Shown: positions 20,343 through 31,055 of the stretch, piece by piece | How positions within the stretch are numbered: position 1 is the first letter of the stretch | Layout of the letters: the number at the start of each line of letters is the position of its first letter | NCBI GenBank assembly: GCA_964527785.1 | Contig: CAZGNO010000004.1 | Span: forward strand, 14,364 to 78,363 | DNA from: an uncultured Chitinophagaceae bacterium | GTDB taxonomy: Bacteria; Bacteroidota; Ignavibacteria; Kapaibacteriales; UBA961 | Reading direction: 5' to 3' | Length of the DNA stretch: 64,000 nucleotides | The notes under the pieces: model-generated | Told to the model about the DNA's origin: nothing | Database searches by the model: none | The model's input: the letters and a program-made list of their open reading frames with translations, nothing else | Translations under genes and position numbers: made by a program

Positions 20343-21020
20343 ATGCCCACACTTATTCTTTCCGGTTCAACCGGAAACCTTGGTTCGGTTGTTACTCAGT
20401 TATTTCTTGATAAAGGATGGAATGTTCATGCAGCGTGCATCAGTTCCACAGAAGCATCTCGGCTTCCTGACCATCCCAAATGCAGTCACAGCATCGGTAA
20501 TCTTTCCGATGAAAATGACGTTGAAAAATTATTTCAAGATGCGGGAGGAGTAAATGCCGTTGTTCATTTGGTGGGCGGCATCAAAGCCGATGAACCGCTT
20601 GCCACAACTACTGTAGATACATTCGACGGCATGATAACGCTCAATACACGAACTACATTTCTTGTACTACGTCAGGCAATGCGCGCACTACAGGCAAGCG
20701 GCGGCGCAATTGTAACCATCGGCGCAAAAGCCGCTCTCCATCCCGAAACCAATAAATCCGCTTATGCTGCAGCCAAAGCTGCCGCTATTAATCTAACTCT
20801 TACTGCTGCGGAGGAAGGCAAACCATACGGAATACGGGCTAATTGCATTGTACCGGGCATCATACTCACTGCTGCAAATCTTGAATGGGCTACAGGTGGT
20901 GAGGAAAAGAACTGGACTCCACCCCTCGATATCGCCGATGCAATTTTTTCACTCTGTTCTGATTCGGGAAAAGGTATCAGCGGTGCAGTACTACCAATGT
21001 ATGGAAAAATACCGTCATAA
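20343..21020 (+). CDS. SDR-family oxidoreductase (atypical or short)
   Basis: The Rossmann motif reads LILSGSTGNLGS (TGxxGxxG-like), the active-site region is YAAAKAA and the length is 225 aa. Confidence 0.7.
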   Translation: MPTLILSGSTGNLGSVVTQLFLDKGWNVHAACISSTEASRLPDHPKCSHSIGNLSDENDVEKLFQDAGGVNAVVHLVGGIKADEPLATTTVDTFDGMITLNTRTTFLVLRQAMRALQASGGAIVTIGAKAALHPETNKSAYAAAKAAAINLTLTAAEEGKPYGIRANCIVPGIILTAANLEWATGGEEKNWTPPLDIADAIFSLCSDSGKGISGAVLPMYGKIPS

Positions 21021-21026
21021 ATCCCT

Positions 21027-22244
21027 ATGAAATTTTTTTTTGATTTTGAAGCATCTGTTCCGGCTCTGCGGCGTGATATTGAAATTATTGTGTTCACAGG
21101 GAAAGAAGGTGACAATCAGCTTTATATGAATTGTCCACATGGATATGCCGATGCACTCACTTTGCCTGCAACGTTTTCGCCCCTCCTCGAATTAATTAAC
21201 GGCTCTAACAGCATTTTTTCAATTACGGCACAATTGAGTCAAACAACTACTCTTCGCGTTCAACCCGCCGATTTGTCTGTTTTTCTGAGAGACTTGGACG
21301 AGCTTGGCTTTCTTCAAACCTCAACATTCTATAGACGCAAGGAGGAAATCCAAAGATTCCGCGCTTCGCAGATTCGTCCTGCTATTTGTGCAGGAGGTGC
21401 ATACCCAAGCACTGTTCGTGAACTTACGGAGTATTTAGATGAAATTATGCGCACATCACCTGTACGCGAAAATCCAGCACGCGGGATAATTGCTCCTCAT
21501 ATTGACCTTCGAGTGGGCGGTACGGCATATTCTCCTGCATATAATGCTATCAGTCAAAGCGAAGCGGATTTATTTGTAATCTTTGCAACGTCACATTATG
21601 CTAATTACGATTTATTTATTCCAACATTCAAGGACTTTGAAACGCCGCTCGGAATTGTGGAGACTGACCGCGAACTTCTAGAAGCAATCAGAGGATCGTT
21701 TCCTTTTGATTTAACAACAAATGATATTGCCCATAAACCCGAACATTCGATTGAATTGGAATTGATTTTTCTACAGCATTGTTTCTCACGCAGAAATTTC
21801 ACAATTCTACCTATCCTTGTAACGTCTTTCCATTCATTTATACAACAAGGAATTTTACCGGAACAGCATCCTCCTGTCAAGGAATTTGCAGCGGCAGTTC
21901 GCACTGTAGTAGAGCAATCGGGCAGAAATGCCATCTATATTTCGAGCGGTGATTTGGCACATATCGGACGGAAATTTGGTGATACTTTTGATGCAGAGCC
22001 AATCCTCCCTGCTTTACATACAGAAGATAATTCTTTACTTCGTTCCTTGGAACTGTGCGACCACAACGGGTTCTTTACTCATGTGGCAAAAACAAACGAC
22101 AAGTGGAAAATTTGCGGACTCTCGCCAAATTATATGATGCTGGAAACCATGCGCCCTGAACGTGGAGAAATTCTCTATTACGAGCAATGGAATGAGCGGG
22201 AGCAAAAATCGGCAGTTAGTTATGCTTCGCTTGCTTTTTATTAA
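21027..22244 (+). CDS. MEMO1-family (AmmeMemoRadiSam system protein B-like) protein with an approximately 115-aa N-terminal extension of unknown function
   Basis: ..AGGAYP....L..........GIIAPHIDLRVGG..YS.AY and SGDLAHIG resemble the MEMO1 His/Asp-rich site. The first ~115 residues have no recognisable family. The start lies 6 bp after the SDR stop codon. Confidence 0.55.
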   Translation: MKFFFDFEASVPALRRDIEIIVFTGKEGDNQLYMNCPHGYADALTLPATFSPLLELINGSNSIFSITAQLSQTTTLRVQPADLSVFLRDLDELGFLQTSTFYRRKEEIQRFRASQIRPAICAGGAYPSTVRELTEYLDEIMRTSPVRENPARGIIAPHIDLRVGGTAYSPAYNAISQSEADLFVIFATSHYANYDLFIPTFKDFETPLGIVETDRELLEAIRGSFPFDLTTNDIAHKPEHSIELELIFLQHCFSRRNFTILPILVTSFHSFIQQGILPEQHPPVKEFAAAVRTVVEQSGRNAIYISSGDLAHIGRKFGDTFDAEPILPALHTEDNSLLRSLELCDHNGFFTHVAKTNDKWKICGLSPNYMMLETMRPERGEILYYEQWNEREQKSAVSYASLAFY

Positions 22245-22323
22245 ATTTGCATTATAAAATCGCTTTAACGCTTCGTTCATTACTGAAGAAGCTGCACTTT
22301 TATTCAATTTTAGGAGTATTTCA

Positions 22324-22764
22324 ATGAAAAATTTGCGCATGATCCCGATGATATTCGGATGTATGATTTTATGTTTTACCGTTCTAGGCATGAGCGTAGC
22401 AAAGGGTCAGGACAAAGCTGCTCTTATGAAACGCGGCGGTGAAGTTTATAAAGCATATTGCCAAACTTGCCATCAACCTACCGGATTGGGATTACCAAAT
22501 GTGTATCCGCCACTTGCGGGCTCGGATTATATCAAAAAAAGTCCCAAAGCTACAATTATTGACAATGTTGCAAATGGTCTCAAAGGACCGATTACAGTTA
22601 ATGGTAAGAAGTTCAATAATGTAATGGTACCGCTTCCTGCTAATTATACCAATGATGACGCAGCAGCTGCAGTTACGTATATACTGAACAGTTGGGGAAA
22701 TAACGGCGGATTGGTAACTGCTGCCGAGGTGAAGAAAGCCCGTAAGCTTGCTGCTAAGAAATAA
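22324..22764 (+). CDS. Class I monohaem cytochrome c
   Basis: Signal peptide, single CQTCH haem-binding motif and a distal Met-containing region (NVMVPLP), 146 aa. Confidence 0.8.
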   Translation: MKNLRMIPMIFGCMILCFTVLGMSVAKGQDKAALMKRGGEVYKAYCQTCHQPTGLGLPNVYPPLAGSDYIKKSPKATIIDNVANGLKGPITVNGKKFNNVMVPLPANYTNDDAAAAVTYILNSWGNNGGLVTAAEVKKARKLAAKK

Positions 22765-22788
22765 TAAGCGATTTATAGTATAGACATA

Positions 22789-22823
22789 CCCCGCTCCATA
22801 TAATAATGGAGCGGGGTTTTTTG
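22789..22823 (+). terminator. Rho-independent terminator
   Basis: ccccgctccat-ataataat-ggagcgggg followed by ttttttg. Confidence 0.8.
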
Positions 22824-23172
22824 TGATGTTTATTACAAAACAGTAAATAAAAAGATTGTAATTTGTCAATTAGCTATGAAGAATACTTGTAGCCGTAATA
22901 ATTATGAAAGAGTAATTGACCTCACAAAACAATACATTCCAATTCAAGTACAATTATTTCCTCCTACAGTCATTTTTATGTAATTTGCATACTCTTATGC
23001 TGCAATGCCGATACTCTTTCGAAATAATGATCTATGACTTGCCTCATAGTTTCTAAGTACTGTATTTATTCAGATACTGTTAAGAACTGGTGGGGTTTTA
23101 ATTTTTGTGTAAATTTTTTGTGCATTACTTGTCGTACTCACGGTACAAATACTGAAACCTGAAAGTGAAAAC

Positions 23173-24549
23173 ATGATTCGATATTTGATCCTCTTGTTGT
23201 ACATTACTCTAAATTCTTCATTTGCATTTTCGCAAGAAACAAGTGATTCAACTACTTTACAAGGTGCATTGAAACAAGGGACGATTTCAGGACATATTCG
23301 CAATGTCACAATGGCTACCGATAATGCAGCCGGGCTGACTGATTCGTATGCCAACGGTTTGGGATTGGGGATTGGGTATGAATCCGCACCGTTTCATAAT
23401 TTCCAAGTCGGAATCAGCGGTTTTTTTATGTATAATTTATTTTCGTCGGATCTTGGTGTAATAGATTCAATGACAGGTGCGCCAAACCGATACGAAATTG
23501 CGTTATTTGATGTTCAAGATGCTCATAATACTCAGTTAAACCGCCTACAAAACCTTTACCTCAAATATTCTCTCGATAATTTTTCTATCAAGATTGGAAA
23601 ACAGTTGATACGAACCCCGTTTATTAATCAACAAGACGGACGGTTAGCCCCGACAATGGTGGAGGGAGCATTGTTTGAATGGAAAAACAGCAGTTCAAAA
23701 GTGGAAGGCGGGTGGATTAATAAAATTTCTCCGCGAGGTACATTACGGTGGTTTCCCGTCGCTTCTTCCATTGGAATTTACCCGCGTGGTTTTACTACAA
23801 ACGGTAGTCGGTCGGGATATGTAGGTAATCTTACAAGTGCAGGCATTTTTTATGCGGGACTAACTCACAGTATCACCCCTCAGAATACTCTCCAAGCATG
23901 GGATTTTTATGTAGAGAATATCTATAATTCATTACTGCTTCAATTTAACAGCGAAAAAACATCCGGTGCAAACGGAGCAAAAATCCTGATGGGTTTGCAA
24001 TTAATTATGCAAACCGCAATTAATTACGGAGGGAATCCCGAACCACAAAAGGCATATCTTCCCCAAGGGGGTGCTGCCTATTCTCTCGGCGCACAGTTTG
24101 GGTATGTATTTCCAAGTTCAACGTGGAAATTCATGGTGAATTACAACCATATTACCAATGACGGACGATATTTGATGCCGCGTGAATGGGGACGTGATCC
24201 ATTTTTTACATTTATTCCCCGCGAAAAGAACGACGGTTTTGGTGGAGTTGATGCTATCAATGCAGTAATTAGCCATGATTTTGGGAGTGGTTTTACTTCT
24301 GAAATTATGTACGGACATTATTATTTACCTGATGTTAAAAACGTTCTGCTCAATAAGTACGGTCTTCCTTCCTATAATCACTGTAATATAAACACAAAGT
24401 ACAACTTTTCGGGACATCTAAAAGGTCTGGATATGCAATTTCTTTTTGTGTATAAAGGGTTGCTGGGTAATTCGTATGGTGATGCCACTTACATATATAA
24501 TAAAGTGACAATGGCGCACTATGAACTTATAGCAAACTATAACTTTTAA
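23173..24549 (+). CDS. Putative outer-membrane beta-barrel (porin-like) protein
   Basis: Signal peptide, alternating amphipathic beta-strand pattern rich in G, Y and N, and a C-terminal ..NYNF. Confidence 0.5.
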   Translation: MIRYLILLLYITLNSSFAFSQETSDSTTLQGALKQGTISGHIRNVTMATDNAAGLTDSYANGLGLGIGYESAPFHNFQVGISGFFMYNLFSSDLGVIDSMTGAPNRYEIALFDVQDAHNTQLNRLQNLYLKYSLDNFSIKIGKQLIRTPFINQQDGRLAPTMVEGALFEWKNSSSKVEGGWINKISPRGTLRWFPVASSIGIYPRGFTTNGSRSGYVGNLTSAGIFYAGLTHSITPQNTLQAWDFYVENIYNSLLLQFNSEKTSGANGAKILMGLQLIMQTAINYGGNPEPQKAYLPQGGAAYSLGAQFGYVFPSSTWKFMVNYNHITNDGRYLMPREWGRDPFFTFIPREKNDGFGGVDAINAVISHDFGSGFTSEIMYGHYYLPDVKNVLLNKYGLPSYNHCNINTKYNFSGHLKGLDMQFLFVYKGLLGNSYGDATYIYNKVTMAHYELIANYNF

Positions 24550-24558
24550 TTGGTACTA

Positions 24559-25506
24559 ATGAATAAACAGCCACTCAAAACCGAATTTTTCAAGAAAATC
24601 ATTTACATTGCTGCTGCCATAAGTTGTTTTACTCCGTATATCTCCCCCCCAATCGCACTACTGATGGGTGTACTCCTTTCTCAAATTCTCATTAATCCCT
24701 TTCGTAAATACACCTCTAAAACAACAAAGATATTACTACAATCCTCTGTTGTCGGATTAGGTTTCGGAATGAATATTTTCGAGGCGGCAAAAGCGGGACA
24801 GGATGCAATTATGTTTACAATTGCAACTATCGGTCTCACCATTCTGCTAGGTATTATCGCCGGAAAGTGGCTTGCCGTAAATAGGAAAGCTGCAATGCTT
24901 ATATCGGTCGGCACTGCAATATGCGGCGGAAGTGCAATTGCGGCTGTTTCACCAATTATCGAGGCAAATGAGAATGAAATATCAGTTTCGCTCGGTATTG
25001 TTTTTCTGCTGAATACACTCGCTCTGTTTATTTTCCCTCTTATCGGTCATGTAATTAATATTAGTCAGGCGCAATTTGGTTGGTGGGCTGCTATTGCCAT
25101 CCATGATACAAGCTCTGTTGTAGGAGCAGCACATTCCTATGGTGAGGCAGCACTGCAGATTGCAACAACTATAAAGCTGGAGAGAGCATTATGGATTATT
25201 CCGGTTTCACTTGTTACAGCGTTTATGTTCAAGACTTCAAGCCGTAAAATTGCCATCCCCTATTTTATCTTCCTTTTTATTGCTGCAATGGCGGCTAATA
25301 CTTTTATACCCCAGATTCAACCCTTTGGTGAAATCATTGTGTTTCTTTCTAAGAAGGGTTTGACACTTACCCTGTTTCTCATTGGAACAGGAATAACCAG
25401 ATCAGCAATAAAAGCTGTAGGACTACGACCTTTTTTATTAGGGATACTTCTTTGGACGGCGATTTCAATAAGCTCACTCCTCGTCATCCTTCAAACAATA
25501 CCGTAA
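24559..25506 (+). CDS. YeiH/UPF0324-family membrane protein (annotated as putative sulfate exporter)
   Basis: About 10 transmembrane segments and family-typical segments (ISPPIALLMGVLLSQ.., ..SVGTAICGGSAIAAVSP..AIAIHDTSSVVGAA). The likely start is ATG 24559, directly after the OMP stop codon. Confidence 0.7.
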   Translation: MNKQPLKTEFFKKIIYIAAAISCFTPYISPPIALLMGVLLSQILINPFRKYTSKTTKILLQSSVVGLGFGMNIFEAAKAGQDAIMFTIATIGLTILLGIIAGKWLAVNRKAAMLISVGTAICGGSAIAAVSPIIEANENEISVSLGIVFLLNTLALFIFPLIGHVINISQAQFGWWAAIAIHDTSSVVGAAHSYGEAALQIATTIKLERALWIIPVSLVTAFMFKTSSRKIAIPYFIFLFIAAMAANTFIPQIQPFGEIIVFLSKKGLTLTLFLIGTGITRSAIKAVGLRPFLLGILLWTAISISSLLVILQTIP

Positions 25507-25603
25507 GGTAAGCGGCTGATTACAAGTCTTTCCAATGTAATTTTCAGTAACAACACCTATTCACCCAGTAGTGAAAAGTTACTTTACAAAGGGAAGTCAC
25601 ATT

Positions 25604-26596
25604 ATGAAGCAAATTTCGGTATTCTGTTTATATCTCTGTATTGTGTGCATTTTTACTATTGGATGCACCCAAACCGACAGAAAAGAATTGTCTCACTACA
25701 CCATACACAGCCCTTCTGATTCATCACAAAAAATTTCTTATGACACTGCATCTATCCCGCCGGGACCTGAACGTGAATTTATTATTTACGGACGGGAATT
25801 ATTTATTAATACACATCTTTACCTCGGTCCAAAAGGGACAGTTAAGCAAATTACCGGCAATGAAATGGACTGCAAGAACTGCCACATGGAAAACGGCACA
25901 AAGCCATTCGGACAGCCGCTTATTACTGTATCGGGACGGTATCCTCAATACAGAGCGAGGGAAGCAACAATTCTTACTATTCAAGACCGTGTGAATAATT
26001 GCCTCGAACGCCCGCTACTCGGTAAGCATCTTGAATTCGACAGTAAGGAAATGAAAGCGTTCGTAATGTATCTCAAATGGATTTGGGATAAGAACAATAA
26101 TGTTATCAAAGCAACAGGTGACCTGCCAAATACAATACCATGGCTAGATAGGAAAGCTGACTGGAACAAAGGGAAGGTTGATTATGAGCAATTTTGCGCA
26201 CGATGTCACGGAATTGACGGGCAAGGTATTAAAGCACCGGGAGGATATGGCTACACCTATCCACCCGTTTGGGGAAAATACTCATATGCAATTGGTTCAA
26301 GTATGCATAGAGTTGGGAAATTAGCTGCTTTTATTCGTAATAATATGCCGTTTGATATGGATACCACCCATATACGTGTTACCAATGAACAGGCATACGA
26401 TATTGCTGCATATATAAATAACGAGACTGTTAACCCACGCCCCAATTTCAATGAGGGGGAGATGCTGTACCCTCATATTGAAGATAAATCCACCGATTAC
26501 CCTATCGGTCCGTATACAGACACATTCTCTCAAGACCAACACAAATATGGTCCGTTCAAACCAATAGAAGCATATTGGAAAGAGCGTAAAAAATAG
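25604..26596 (+). CDS. Dihaem c-type cytochrome lipoprotein, TsdA-like (thiosulfate dehydrogenase family), paralog 1
   Basis: Lipobox FTIGC|TQ. Two CxxCH motifs (CKNCH and CARCH) are spaced about 110 residues apart, as in TsdA. A Cys follows about 39 residues after the first haem His (NNC), where TsdA has its Cys haem ligand. The protein is 75-80% identical to the next gene. Confidence 0.55.
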   Translation: MKQISVFCLYLCIVCIFTIGCTQTDRKELSHYTIHSPSDSSQKISYDTASIPPGPEREFIIYGRELFINTHLYLGPKGTVKQITGNEMDCKNCHMENGTKPFGQPLITVSGRYPQYRAREATILTIQDRVNNCLERPLLGKHLEFDSKEMKAFVMYLKWIWDKNNNVIKATGDLPNTIPWLDRKADWNKGKVDYEQFCARCHGIDGQGIKAPGGYGYTYPPVWGKYSYAIGSSMHRVGKLAAFIRNNMPFDMDTTHIRVTNEQAYDIAAYINNETVNPRPNFNEGEMLYPHIEDKSTDYPIGPYTDTFSQDQHKYGPFKPIEAYWKERKK

Positions 26597-26705
26597 TTTT
26601 AATGATTTGTGAACTATAAGGATGCAGAATATTCACTTGTATCCTTACAGTCATATCTTGATTTCTCAAACTAAAAAGGAGTCCATAATGAGAAAGGAGT
26701 ACATA

Positions 26706-27710
26706 ATGAAAAAAGCCATTTCGCTTATTACTGTATCTATCGGGATTTTATCCATCGGTTTTGTTTGTTTGAGTATTACCGGATGCAACAGAAACGATTC
26801 CGGTGAAACACAATCAATCCCCCAAAATGCAACTGATTCAATATCGGTAGTTTATGATACAGCTTCAATTCCGCAGGGACCTGAACGAGAGTTTATACTT
26901 TTGGGGCGAGAACTGTTTATGAATACACATACTCTGATAGGTCCCAAAGGAACAATTGCACAAATTACCGGCAATGAAATGGATTGCCAGAATTGTCATT
27001 TTGAAGGTGGGACACGACCGTTTGGACAACCACTTGTTACAGTATCGGGTCGGTATCCTCAATACAGAGGAAGAGAAGGTACAATCCTTACAGTGGAAGA
27101 CAGGATAAATAATTGTTTGGATAGACCGCTTCTCGGCAAACATTTACCGTTCGACAGCAGAGAGATGCACGCTTTTACAATGTATTTCAAATGGATTTGG
27201 GATATGAACAAGAATGTATTGAAGGTAAATGGTGATCTTCCCAATACATTACCATGGCTCAACAGAAAAGCCGATTGGAAACAGGGTAAGATTGACTATG
27301 ATCAATACTGCGCTCGCTGTCATGGAATAGATGGCGAAGGAATTAAAACTCCAAGCGGCTATGGATATACTTATCCTCCGGTGTGGGGTTCACATTCCTA
27401 TGCTATCGGCTCAAGTATGCACCGTGTAGGAAAATTAGCTGCCTTTATCCGTAATAATATGCCCAATGATATGAACATCACCCATATTCGTGTAACTAAT
27501 GAACAGGCGTATGATATCGCTGCATATATCAATAACGAAACAGTAAATTCCCGACCTGATTTTCACGAAGAAGGTGTGCTCTTTCCTCGAACCGCAGATA
27601 AACCCGTTGATTACCCCTTTCCACCGTATGCGGATACATTCTCACAAGACCAGCATAAATTCGGTCCGTTCAAACCAATTGAGGATTATTGGAAGAATCG
27701 CAAGAAATAA
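26706..27710 (+). CDS. Dihaem c-type cytochrome lipoprotein, TsdA-like, paralog 2
   Basis: Lipobox SITGC|NR. The CQNCH and CARCH motifs and the long conserved blocks (GRYPQYR, YPPVWG, HRVGKLAAFIRNNMP) are shared with paralog 1. Confidence 0.55.
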   Translation: MKKAISLITVSIGILSIGFVCLSITGCNRNDSGETQSIPQNATDSISVVYDTASIPQGPEREFILLGRELFMNTHTLIGPKGTIAQITGNEMDCQNCHFEGGTRPFGQPLVTVSGRYPQYRGREGTILTVEDRINNCLDRPLLGKHLPFDSREMHAFTMYFKWIWDMNKNVLKVNGDLPNTLPWLNRKADWKQGKIDYDQYCARCHGIDGEGIKTPSGYGYTYPPVWGSHSYAIGSSMHRVGKLAAFIRNNMPNDMNITHIRVTNEQAYDIAAYINNETVNSRPDFHEEGVLFPRTADKPVDYPFPPYADTFSQDQHKFGPFKPIEDYWKNRKK

Positions 27711-27938
27711 TACACTTATTGCCAAATTTTCAGGAGATATACCATAGAACGATAGATACATTTGGAAATACTTACAATTTAGAATTGCTCTGTGATAAAA
27801 TATTAATTAGAGAAAAATGACTTTCGAAGGGAAATAACCTTTAGTACTCTTCGTCAAGTCAGACACAATATTGCATTCACTGCAAATAATGGTGATTAAC
27901 CGCCGTAGCTTTTGTCAGTAATTTTGCCCTCAAAATTC

Positions 27939-30900
27939 ATGAGTATTTCTTCCTTAAGTATTGATCGTCCTGTTCTCACCATTGTTTCATCAATTGTTAT
28001 CGTACTTTTTGGAGCAATTGGCTATACATATCTTGGAATCCGTGAATTTCCTGCTGTTGACCCTCCGGTTATCACGGTGAGCATGAACTATGTGGGTGCG
28101 AACGCCGATGTTATCGAATCAAAGATTACCGAACCGCTCGAAGAATCGCTCAATGGAATAGCCGGTGTACGATCCCTCACATCAATCAGTAAAGATGGTA
28201 CAAGTACAATTACTGTTGAATTTGAACTTGGAATCGAACTTGAAACCGCAGCAAATGATGTACGCGACAGGGTTTCTCGTACCCTTCGATTGCTCCCGCC
28301 TGATGCCGACCCGCCGGTAGTTACCAAAGCTGATGCCAATTCAGATGCAATCCTAGTGGTTACCGTCCAAAGTAAAACGCGTGATTTGCTCGAAGTGTGC
28401 GACATTGCAACCAATGTTATCAAAGAACGCTTGCAAACTATCCCCGGTGTGAGTGAAATCAGAATTTGGGGGGAGAAAAAATACGCAATGCGGCTTTGGC
28501 TTGACCCTATGAAACTCGCCGCGTATCGGCTTACTGCGTTAGATGTAAAAGCTGCCCTCGACCGTGAGAATGTGGAGCTTCCATCAGGAAGTGTGGAAGG
28601 CACGAATACAGAACTAACGGTACGGACAATGGGACGACTTGTAACTACTGACGATTTTAACAATCTCATTATCAAACAAGATGGGAATAATACCGTTAGG
28701 TATGAGGATATAGGCCGTGCAGAAATCAGCGCAGAAAATATGAAAACCATCCTTAAAACCAATGGCGTACCCATGTTTGGCGTAGCAATTACTCCACAGC
28801 CGGGTGCAAATCATATTGCTATCGCCAAAGATTTTTACAAGAGGGTAGAAGAAATCAGAACAGACCTCCCACCCGATATACAGCTCGGAATTTTACTTGA
28901 TACCACCAAAAGCATTAAAGATTCGATTGTTGAAGTAGTAGAGACAATGATTATTGCTTTTTTACTTGTTGTGTTAATTATATTTATTTTTCTCAGAAAT
29001 TGGAGAACAACGCTGATTCCGGTTGTGGCTATCCCTATTTCACTTATAGGTGCGTTCTTTGTTATGTACTCGATGGATTTTTCTATCAATGTACTCACAC
29101 TTTTAGGTATTGTGCTTGCAACAGGGCTTGTGGTGGATGATGCTATTGTTGTATTAGAAAATATTTATACCAAAGTAGAGGACGGCATGGATCCTCTCGA
29201 AGCATCACACAGTGGTTCGAAGGAGATTGTATTTGCGATTTTATCTACTACCATTACCCTTGCTGCTGTATTCCTACCAATTGTATTCCTGCAAGGACTA
29301 ACAGGAAGATTATTTAGGGAATTTGGGGTGGTGGTGGCAAGCTCGGTGTTAATCTCAGCTTTCGTTTCGCTGACTCTGACTCCGATGATGAGTTCGCGGC
29401 TAATCAAAGGGCATTCTACCCATGGGAAACTCTATGAATGGTCAGAACGTCTGCTTCGCCGATTGGTTGACGGTTACACGTCATCTCTTAACAGTTTCAT
29501 GTACCGCAGATGGCTTGCTTTTGTTATAATGGCTATTTCGTTTGCAACAATTTTTGGATTCGGTGGCACACTCGGAACAGAACTTGCACCTATTCAAGAT
29601 AAAAGCCGTATGCGAATTACAGCCACCGGACCAGAAGGTGCATCGTTCGAGTTTATGGATAATTATATTGTCAAGCTCAATAATCTTATGAATGACTCGG
29701 TTCCCGAACAGCGTTCCTCGCTCACGGTTACTTCACCGGGTTTTAGCGGTTCAAGTTCGGTTAATCAAGGTTTTATGCGTCTCATGCTTACTGAACCGAA
29801 TGAACGCAGCCGCTCACAGCAAGAGGTTGCCGAACAAGTTACCAGACTTCTCAAGCAAATCCCGGATGCAAAAGGAATAGTAATACAAGAGCAAACAATT
29901 GGTTCAGGTGGAGGCGGTGGTGGTCTCCCCGTTCAATTTGTATTACAAACTTCTACTCTCGATAAGCTAAAGGCAGTTTTACCGCGATTTTTAGAGGAAG
30001 CGTCAAAAAACCCTGCATTTAGTGTGGTTGATGTCAATCTGAAATTCACCAAACCGGAATTGCTACTGGAAATAGACCGTGAAAAAGCACATACCCTTAA
30101 TATTTCCGTTTTGGATATAGCCCAAACGCTCCAAGCGGCTTTTAGCGGTCAGCGGTTCGGATATGTAATTTTGGACGGGAAACAGTATCAGGTAATCGGG
30201 CAGGCAGAGCGTACAGGGCGTAACGACCCGCTTGATTTACGTTCGTTGTATGTTCGTAATTCAGCCGGATTATTGATACAACTTGATAATGTTGTCCGGC
30301 TCACAGAAAAAAGTACTCCTCCACAATTATTCCACTACAACCGCTCCGTGTCAGCAACTATTTCTGCCGGACTTGCCAAAGGAAAAACAATAGGAGACGG
30401 AATAGAGGCAATGAAGGATATTTCCACACGAGTTCTGGACGAATCGTTCAGCACAGCCCTTACCGGTCCATCGAAGGATTTTGCCGAGAGCTCATCCAGC
30501 TTGCTCTTTGCGTTTGTGCTGGCACTTGTACTGATCTATTTGGTTCTGGCAGCGCAGTTTGAAAGTTTTATTGACCCGTTTATTATTCTCCTTACTGTTC
30601 CGCTCGCTCTTGCCGGAGCGATACTTTCGCTTTGGTATTTCGGGCAAACCCTTAATATATTTAGTGAGATAGGAATTATTATGCTTATCGGGCTAGTGAC
30701 TAAAAATGCAATTTTGATTGTTGAATTTGCCAATCAACGCAAAGAACAAGGATTATCTGTTCTCGAAGCCGTAAAAGATGCAGCAGTTTCACGTTTCCGT
30801 CCTATTCTGATGACGACACTTGCTACAGTACTCGGTGCACTGCCGATTGCACTTGCTTTAGGAGCTGGCTCAAAAAGCCGTATTTCGATGGGTATATCAG

Positions 30901-31055
30901 TGATTGGCGGGTTGCTTCTCTCGCTTGTGCTTACTCTGTATGCGATTCCTGCTCTCTATAGCTATTTCTCTAAAGAGAAGGGGCGCAAAAGTAATTTAGA
31001 AAACAATGAATTATCATTTACAAGTACGGAAAAACCATTGGAACAAACGATATGA
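27939..31055 (+). CDS. RND-family efflux transporter permease (AcrB/HAE-type)
   Basis: About 1040 aa with 12 transmembrane segments, two large periplasmic loops and the motif VDDAIVVLENI. The likely start is ATG 27939. Confidence 0.9.
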   Translation: MSISSLSIDRPVLTIVSSIVIVLFGAIGYTYLGIREFPAVDPPVITVSMNYVGANADVIESKITEPLEESLNGIAGVRSLTSISKDGTSTITVEFELGIELETAANDVRDRVSRTLRLLPPDADPPVVTKADANSDAILVVTVQSKTRDLLEVCDIATNVIKERLQTIPGVSEIRIWGEKKYAMRLWLDPMKLAAYRLTALDVKAALDRENVELPSGSVEGTNTELTVRTMGRLVTTDDFNNLIIKQDGNNTVRYEDIGRAEISAENMKTILKTNGVPMFGVAITPQPGANHIAIAKDFYKRVEEIRTDLPPDIQLGILLDTTKSIKDSIVEVVETMIIAFLLVVLIIFIFLRNWRTTLIPVVAIPISLIGAFFVMYSMDFSINVLTLLGIVLATGLVVDDAIVVLENIYTKVEDGMDPLEASHSGSKEIVFAILSTTITLAAVFLPIVFLQGLTGRLFREFGVVVASSVLISAFVSLTLTPMMSSRLIKGHSTHGKLYEWSERLLRRLVDGYTSSLNSFMYRRWLAFVIMAISFATIFGFGGTLGTELAPIQDKSRMRITATGPEGASFEFMDNYIVKLNNLMNDSVPEQRSSLTVTSPGFSGSSSVNQGFMRLMLTEPNERSRSQQEVAEQVTRLLKQIPDAKGIVIQEQTIGSGGGGGGLPVQFVLQTSTLDKLKAVLPRFLEEASKNPAFSVVDVNLKFTKPELLLEIDREKAHTLNISVLDIAQTLQAAFSGQRFGYVILDGKQYQVIGQAERTGRNDPLDLRSLYVRNSAGLLIQLDNVVRLTEKSTPPQLFHYNRSVSATISAGLAKGKTIGDGIEAMKDISTRVLDESFSTALTGPSKDFAESSSSLLFAFVLALVLIYLVLAAQFESFIDPFIILLTVPLALAGAILSLWYFGQTLNIFSEIGIIMLIGLVTKNAILIVEFANQRKEQGLSVLEAVKDAAVSRFRPILMTTLATVLGALPIALALGAGSKSRISMGISVIGGLLLSLVLTLYAIPALYSYFSKEKGRKSNLENNELSFTSTEKPLEQTI

